Shown in pieces: positions 61,631-64,000 of a DNA stretch of 64,000 nt. Location: assembly GCF_963921235.1 (NCBI RefSeq), contig NC_086118.1, positions 12,898,001-12,962,000 on the forward strand, given 5' to 3'. Source of the stretch: Mobula hypostoma. Lineage: Eukaryota. The stretch's first letter is position 1. The number at the start of each line of letters is the position of its first letter. The position numbers were made by a program, and so were the translations under genes. The notes under the pieces were generated by a model. That model saw nothing but the letters and a program-made list of their open reading frames with translations, made no database searches and was not told where the DNA came from.

Positions 61631-62276
61631 CTACAAATGGGTTCCTCATGAGAATCTTCTTGAGAAATGTGATCTGACGAGGAAGATGAGATGCTGTAGT
61701 CCAGTTTGCTTGACTACCTTGACTGCTTCAGGCTGGTTCTAACCTTTTAAATTGGGGGACGAGGAAACCTTAGCTTGATGTAACACGTATCTAGTGGCTC
61801 TACATAGCTCTTCAGGCAGCTCCCCACGATGTTAGGTTCAGATTTAGAGCAATGTTGGGAATTTGCCTGAGGATTATGCCTGCAGTGTCTGAAGATGTTG
61901 ACTACTTTGGGTGCCAGTGGATACAACTCAAATGATTATGACAGCAGTTTTGTGAGGAATAGGGTAAACATGGATTGGGTAGGGCAACACATCAGGTATT
62001 CCACAATTCCAGGAAGTTCTTGTCAGTTATGAAGTGGAAATGTTCACTCACCACTTAGCCAAATTGTGTTTTGTCTTTGATTTTAATTTTGTTACGGACT
62101 TGCAACTCCTTGATCTTGAAACTTAGTCCTTCAGGTATCCAGACTGAAGGATAAGAATATGCTTGTTCAGAATGGTTCCTGACATCCTCAAATCCATGAA
62201 CTGACTGCATCTTAGGGAAATAGCAATGAGTGAAGCAAAGAAATGAAATAACTTTATAATGTTGCACTGTATGCTA

Positions 62277-63213
62277 CAGTGGCATGCAAAGGTTTGGGCA
62301 CCCCGGTCAAAATTTCTGTTACTGTGAATAGCTAAGCGAATAAAAGATGAACTGATTTCCAAAAGATATAAAGTTAAAGATGACACATTTCTTTAATATT
62401 TTAAGCAAGAAAACTTTTTTGATTTCCATCTTTTACAGTTTAAAAGTAACAAAAAAGGAAAAGGGCCCGAAGCAAAAGTTTGGGCACCCTGCATGGTCAG
62501 TACTTAGTAACACCCCCTTTGGCAAGTATCACACCTTGTGAACTCTTTCTGTAGCCAGCTAAGAGTCTTTCAATTCTTGTTTGGGGGATTTTTGCCCATT
62601 CTTCCTTGCAAAAGGATTCTAGTTCTGTGAGATTCTTGGGCCATTTTGCATGCACTGCTCTTTTGAAGTCTATCCACAGATTCCCGATGATGTTTAGGTC
62701 AGGGGACTGTGAGGGCCATGGCAAAACCTTCAGCTTGCACCTCTTGAGGTAGTCCATTGCGGATTTTGAGGTGTGTTTAGGTTCATTATCCTGTTGTAGA
62801 AGCCATCCTGTTTTTACCTTCGGCTTTTTTACAGATGGTGTGATGTTTGCTTCCAGAATTTGCTGGTATTTAATTGAGTTCATTCTTCCCTCTACCAGTA
62901 AATGTTCCCTGTGCCACTGGCTGCAACACAAGCCCAAAGCATGATCGATCCACTTAACAATTGGAGAGGGGTTCTTTTCATGAAAATCTGCACCCTTTTT
63001 GCTCCAAACATACCTTTGCTCATTGCAGCTAAAAGGTTCTATTTTAGCTTCATCAGTCCACAGGACTTGTTTCCAAAATGCATAAGGATTGTTTAGATGT
63101 TTCTTTGAACCTTTTGAATAAAACTTTTGGTAATCAGTTCATCTTCTACTCGCTTAGCTATTCACGGTAACAGAAATTTTGACCAGGGTTGCCCAAACTT
63201 CTGCATGCTACTG
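62277..63213 (-). mobile_element. Tc1-family DNA transposon, internally deleted
   Basis: TA-flanked TIRs CAGTGGCATGCAAAGGTTTGGGCACCCC (~90 bp matching) and an inner direct repeat at ~62472. Transposase 62497-62937 reads QQDNEPKH...WPSQSPDLNIIGNLW, with the catalytic E changed to G. Confidence 0.93.
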
Positions 63214-64000
63214 TATGTGTATGTATAAATTGTACATATAAATGAATATAACTCATATACTTAGTAAGCTAATACTATGGCTGATAAATTATTTAACTAT
63301 ATATTGCATGTCCCACAGTGAGACAGATTGATTAGTTAATAAAATATTACCTAATTACAATAAAATCATACATTTTGACTATTGTTTTTTGGTGGTGTTA
63401 CTATAGATTTTAAGTGAATTGGTGTTCTTTCATATTTAGCAAATTAGGTTGACACTGGCAAATGGGAGTTACTTGCAGTAAGTTTCGAATTCTGACTGAA
63501 GTGAGGCTAGCATTACCATAAATGAAGATTGGTGTCATTTGTATTGATATTAGACAGTTTAAAAGGAAGAAAATCTGAGTGTTTTATATAAAGTAAGTTA
63601 CCAATTTAATTAGTTAGGGACTGGACGTAGTCATAATAAAATCAGATATTAGTTGCTTAATGCTTACTACCTTTAAGAACTTTGACCAGGCTATTCTTAA
63701 ACACAACATATTCATCCATTTTACAATATTTTGTCATAACAATTCGAAGAGATGTGCCAATGTGCATGGTTTTACCATTGAGGATGACATGACACTGAAG
63801 AGAGTGTCAAACAAGTAATGTTTTCCTAAAACATTATAGCTAGATCCTGTTCATTGTCTCATTGCTAATTAATGGACATTGCTGTGAACAATTTGCTGTA
63901 TACTACACTGCAATATAAATAAAAAATAAAAAAGTATATGCTGGGAATGCTCACAGATGAGGAAGTTTCTGTGAAGAGAAATGTATCATTCACTCTATCT

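Overview
This is eukaryotic, repeat-dominated DNA. The repeat repertoire (CR1 LINEs with (TTCTATGT)n tails, HE1/V-SINE-type SINEs, Penelope-like elements, fish-type L1 and Rex1/Babar) suggests a cartilaginous fish, probably a ray; this is an inference. I could not identify any host protein-coding exon with confidence. The window is a nested pile of mobile elements: CR1, Rex1/Babar, L1, an R4/Dong-like element, Penelope-like elements with minimal hammerhead ribozyme motifs, several Gypsy/Ty3 LTR elements and solo LTRs, Tc1 elements and a Chapaev3-like DNA transposon. The main finding is a complete Gypsy LTR element (53497-57633; TSD CCCA; PNMA-like gag, protease, RT). Its RNase H/integrase region is replaced by an intronless, in-frame-deleted piece of a sarcomeric myosin heavy chain rod, most like MYH16, which still forms a ~300-codon ORF. 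Three other observations stand out. A young SCAN-domain Gmr1-like element keeps a 948-aa patchwork ORF open. A solo LTR is fused in frame to an intact CR1 ORF2. A 99-bp-arm Penelope hairpin carries two hammerhead cores. All family assignments come from motif recognition by eye, not from database searches.
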